Program-made: the position numbers and the translations under genes
In this document: positions 47,888 through 49,551 of the stretch, piece by piece
Position numbering within the stretch: position 1 is the stretch's first letter
Layout of the letters: each line of letters opens with the position of its first letter
The notes under the pieces: generated by a model
Databases searched by the model: none
Told to the model about the DNA's origin: nothing
What the model saw: the letters and a program-made list of their open reading frames with translations, nothing else
NCBI GenBank assembly: GCA_965369865.1
Contig: CBDURU010000016.1
Coordinates: 1 to 49,551, forward strand
Length of the DNA stretch: 49,551 nucleotides
Source of the DNA: an uncultured bacterium
Lineage (GTDB): Bacteria; JAJVIF01; JAPKYR01
Direction of reading: 5' to 3'

Positions 47888-48340
47888 ATGCCAGTAGAAT
47901 TTATCCAGCTATGGTGGCTGCCTTTTTTCATCTGTTTCGCAGTTGCGATGTATTTTTTTGCTTTTGCCGGCTACCGAGTCCAGCAGGACACCCGGAAGCG
48001 AGGGCTTGGAAAAGCCGCGGTAGTCTTCTGGAGTGTATCGGTAATTTTTTTCGGGCCAATTTTCTTACCTCTCTACCTGATTTTCAGGTCGCGTGCGGTT
48101 TTCGCGGTTGAGCCGGGGAAGGAATCCGAATATGAGCATTTCCGTCTCTGCCCTCACTGTGGCGAAAAAAATCCTGAACGCGAGAGAGTGTGCAAGGCTT
48201 GCCATAAGATAATGGATATGCCGGTTACCATGGTTGGCGAGAAGAACTGCCCATACTGCAATGCGAAAAATCCTGTTGAAGCCAGGCGATGTAAATCATG
48301 CGATCAGATTATTGGATATATTGAATCTGAGAATGATTGA
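47888..48340 (+). CDS. Membrane protein with a double zinc ribbon
   Basis: 2-3 TM segments (QDTRKRG…FW…LPLYLIFR), then CPHC, CKAC, CPYC, CKSC. Confidence 0.75.
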   Translation: MPVEFIQLWWLPFFICFAVAMYFFAFAGYRVQQDTRKRGLGKAAVVFWSVSVIFFGPIFLPLYLIFRSRAVFAVEPGKESEYEHFRLCPHCGEKNPERERVCKACHKIMDMPVTMVGEKNCPYCNAKNPVEARRCKSCDQIIGYIESEND

Positions 48341-48597
48341 GCTTGGATAGATAGCCTAATTCCAAAAAATAATAGGTTCTATATCCTTAATATCCTTGAT
48401 AAAATTATATCCTGATTTATAATTTACTTAAATCGCGATAGCACCTTCATGGAAAGTGTCCACAATGCTATCGCAAAATACTAATTTATGAAGTATTAAA
48501 ATGTGAGTGCAATCGCCGGTTCAGCACTATTGGATCTAAAGTCATTCATTGAAACCAATGTCTGCCGCCAGTTCAATCTTACCAGGAGATTTAAAAG

Positions 48598-49449
48598 ATG
48601 TTGAATGGAAGGGTAATTACCGCCTACGTACTCTTTACAATTCTCTGGATAATAATTTTCGGCCTGCCGTTTAAACTGGCGGGAATTCTCATCGGAGGGG
48701 GGATTGCTGTTGGCTGGTGGATCATAGCAGCCGTGGCAGGAGAAACAATTTTATTGTCAACCGTCCGGGTCGCACGCCTGAATGTAGCGAAATATTCAGA
48801 AATCGGGAGACTCATAAAAAAGAAAATGGTCGGGCCTAAAATCGGGGAACCGTCGCTATGGATCATCCACGATACATCACCGATGGTTATCGCAATGGGC
48901 TATAATCCTAAAAAGTCTCATCTGATATTTTCACAGGGATTTTTCGACAGGCTTGACGACAAATCACAGATCGGCCTCACCATGAGGGCAATGGAAGAAA
49001 TCAAAGAAGGAATTACATCCGCAAACACAGGTCTGGCGACGCTCTTATGGATGGTTCTTCTACCAGGAAGGATTGGTGGATGGATCATTGGAAAACGGCC
49101 GGGAGAGCCAAACATTATCTCGATAATTCTCAATGCAATACCGGCATTTTTAATAGGATGGCCATTAAGTTTACTGGGAGTTGATAAAAGGAAAATATAC
49201 AGTCTTGATTCATCTACGATTCTTAAGCTCGAAAACCCGGATTACCTGCCTTACGGCCTGATGAAGCTTCAGGAAGCCTTAATGCTGGGATCGTTTGATG
49301 TAGACCTTTCATACAGCGGTTTGTGCATTGTAAATCCCATGAGTCGCGATCCTTACCAGATGCTGTTTAAAATACATCCTCCAACCCCGAAACGTATAGA
49401 CCGTCTGAGGATAAGGGCGAAGTCCGAGAGGCGGAAGTTGAAGATGTAA
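48598..49449 (+). CDS. HtpX/M48-like membrane protein lacking HExxH
   Basis: HtpX-like layout (PSLWII…A-G…LIFSQG…L; C-terminal LCIVNP…LFKIHPPTPKRIDRL), but MRAMEEIK stands where HELxHI is expected. Confidence 0.7.
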   Translation: MLNGRVITAYVLFTILWIIIFGLPFKLAGILIGGGIAVGWWIIAAVAGETILLSTVRVARLNVAKYSEIGRLIKKKMVGPKIGEPSLWIIHDTSPMVIAMGYNPKKSHLIFSQGFFDRLDDKSQIGLTMRAMEEIKEGITSANTGLATLLWMVLLPGRIGGWIIGKRPGEPNIISIILNAIPAFLIGWPLSLLGVDKRKIYSLDSSTILKLENPDYLPYGLMKLQEALMLGSFDVDLSYSGLCIVNPMSRDPYQMLFKIHPPTPKRIDRLRIRAKSERRKLKM

Positions 49450-49525
49450 GACCAATCCTGATAAATAAAAATTGATTGGACATATTTAGAATTTAGGGGG
49501 ACACCTGCTTGAGGTTGTCCCTTTT
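49447..49525. repeat. Second copy of the left arm of the 21469 MITE-like element, ending in a terminator-like hairpin
   Basis: TAAGACCAATCCTGATAAATAAAAATTGATTGGACATATTTAGAATTTAGGGGGACACCTGCTT matches 21469-21532 with 1 mismatch. Then GGGACA…TGTCCC-TTTT. Confidence 0.85.
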
Positions 49526-49551
49526 ATAGTTGAAAATAGTGGGGTTCCAGG

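Overview
Chromosomal window of an uncultured-looking bacterium. DnaK lacks the proteobacterial-type N-terminal insert, yet an ExbB/ExbD motor is present. The left third is envelope/accessory: two tandem ~1200-aa S8 subtilisin lipoproteins bracketed by two paralogous small membrane-protein genes, tRNA-Ser(CGA), a tandem tRNA-Arg trio (CCG, GCG, CCT), a VIT-vWA protein and an LRR lipoprotein. It continues with exbB-exbD followed by an unusual TonB-like protein ending in a cysteine-less redoxin-like domain, a PQQ-type propeller, a stand-alone spermidine-synthase-type membrane domain, a large alpha/beta hydrolase and a prepilin-like gene that probably starts at CTG. The middle holds a PAS histidine kinase/HDOD/REC-HD signalling operon, a non-canonical DnaB-like ATPase, comF, DUF62, a PaaI thioesterase and a GIY-YIG nuclease. 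The right part is mostly housekeeping: prfA-prmC-cdd-tsaC, prs-dedA-ndk-HAD, dnaK-grpE-ORF-hspR (with a HAIR-like operator and no dnaJ), thrS, an XRE/S24 repressor and a catalytically degenerate HtpX-like protein. Intergenic regions carry several REP-like palindromes, two MITE-like elements (one nested inside a REP) and two short tandem arrays. No CRISPR array, transposase or integrase was seen. All functional calls come from motifs read by eye; no searches were run.
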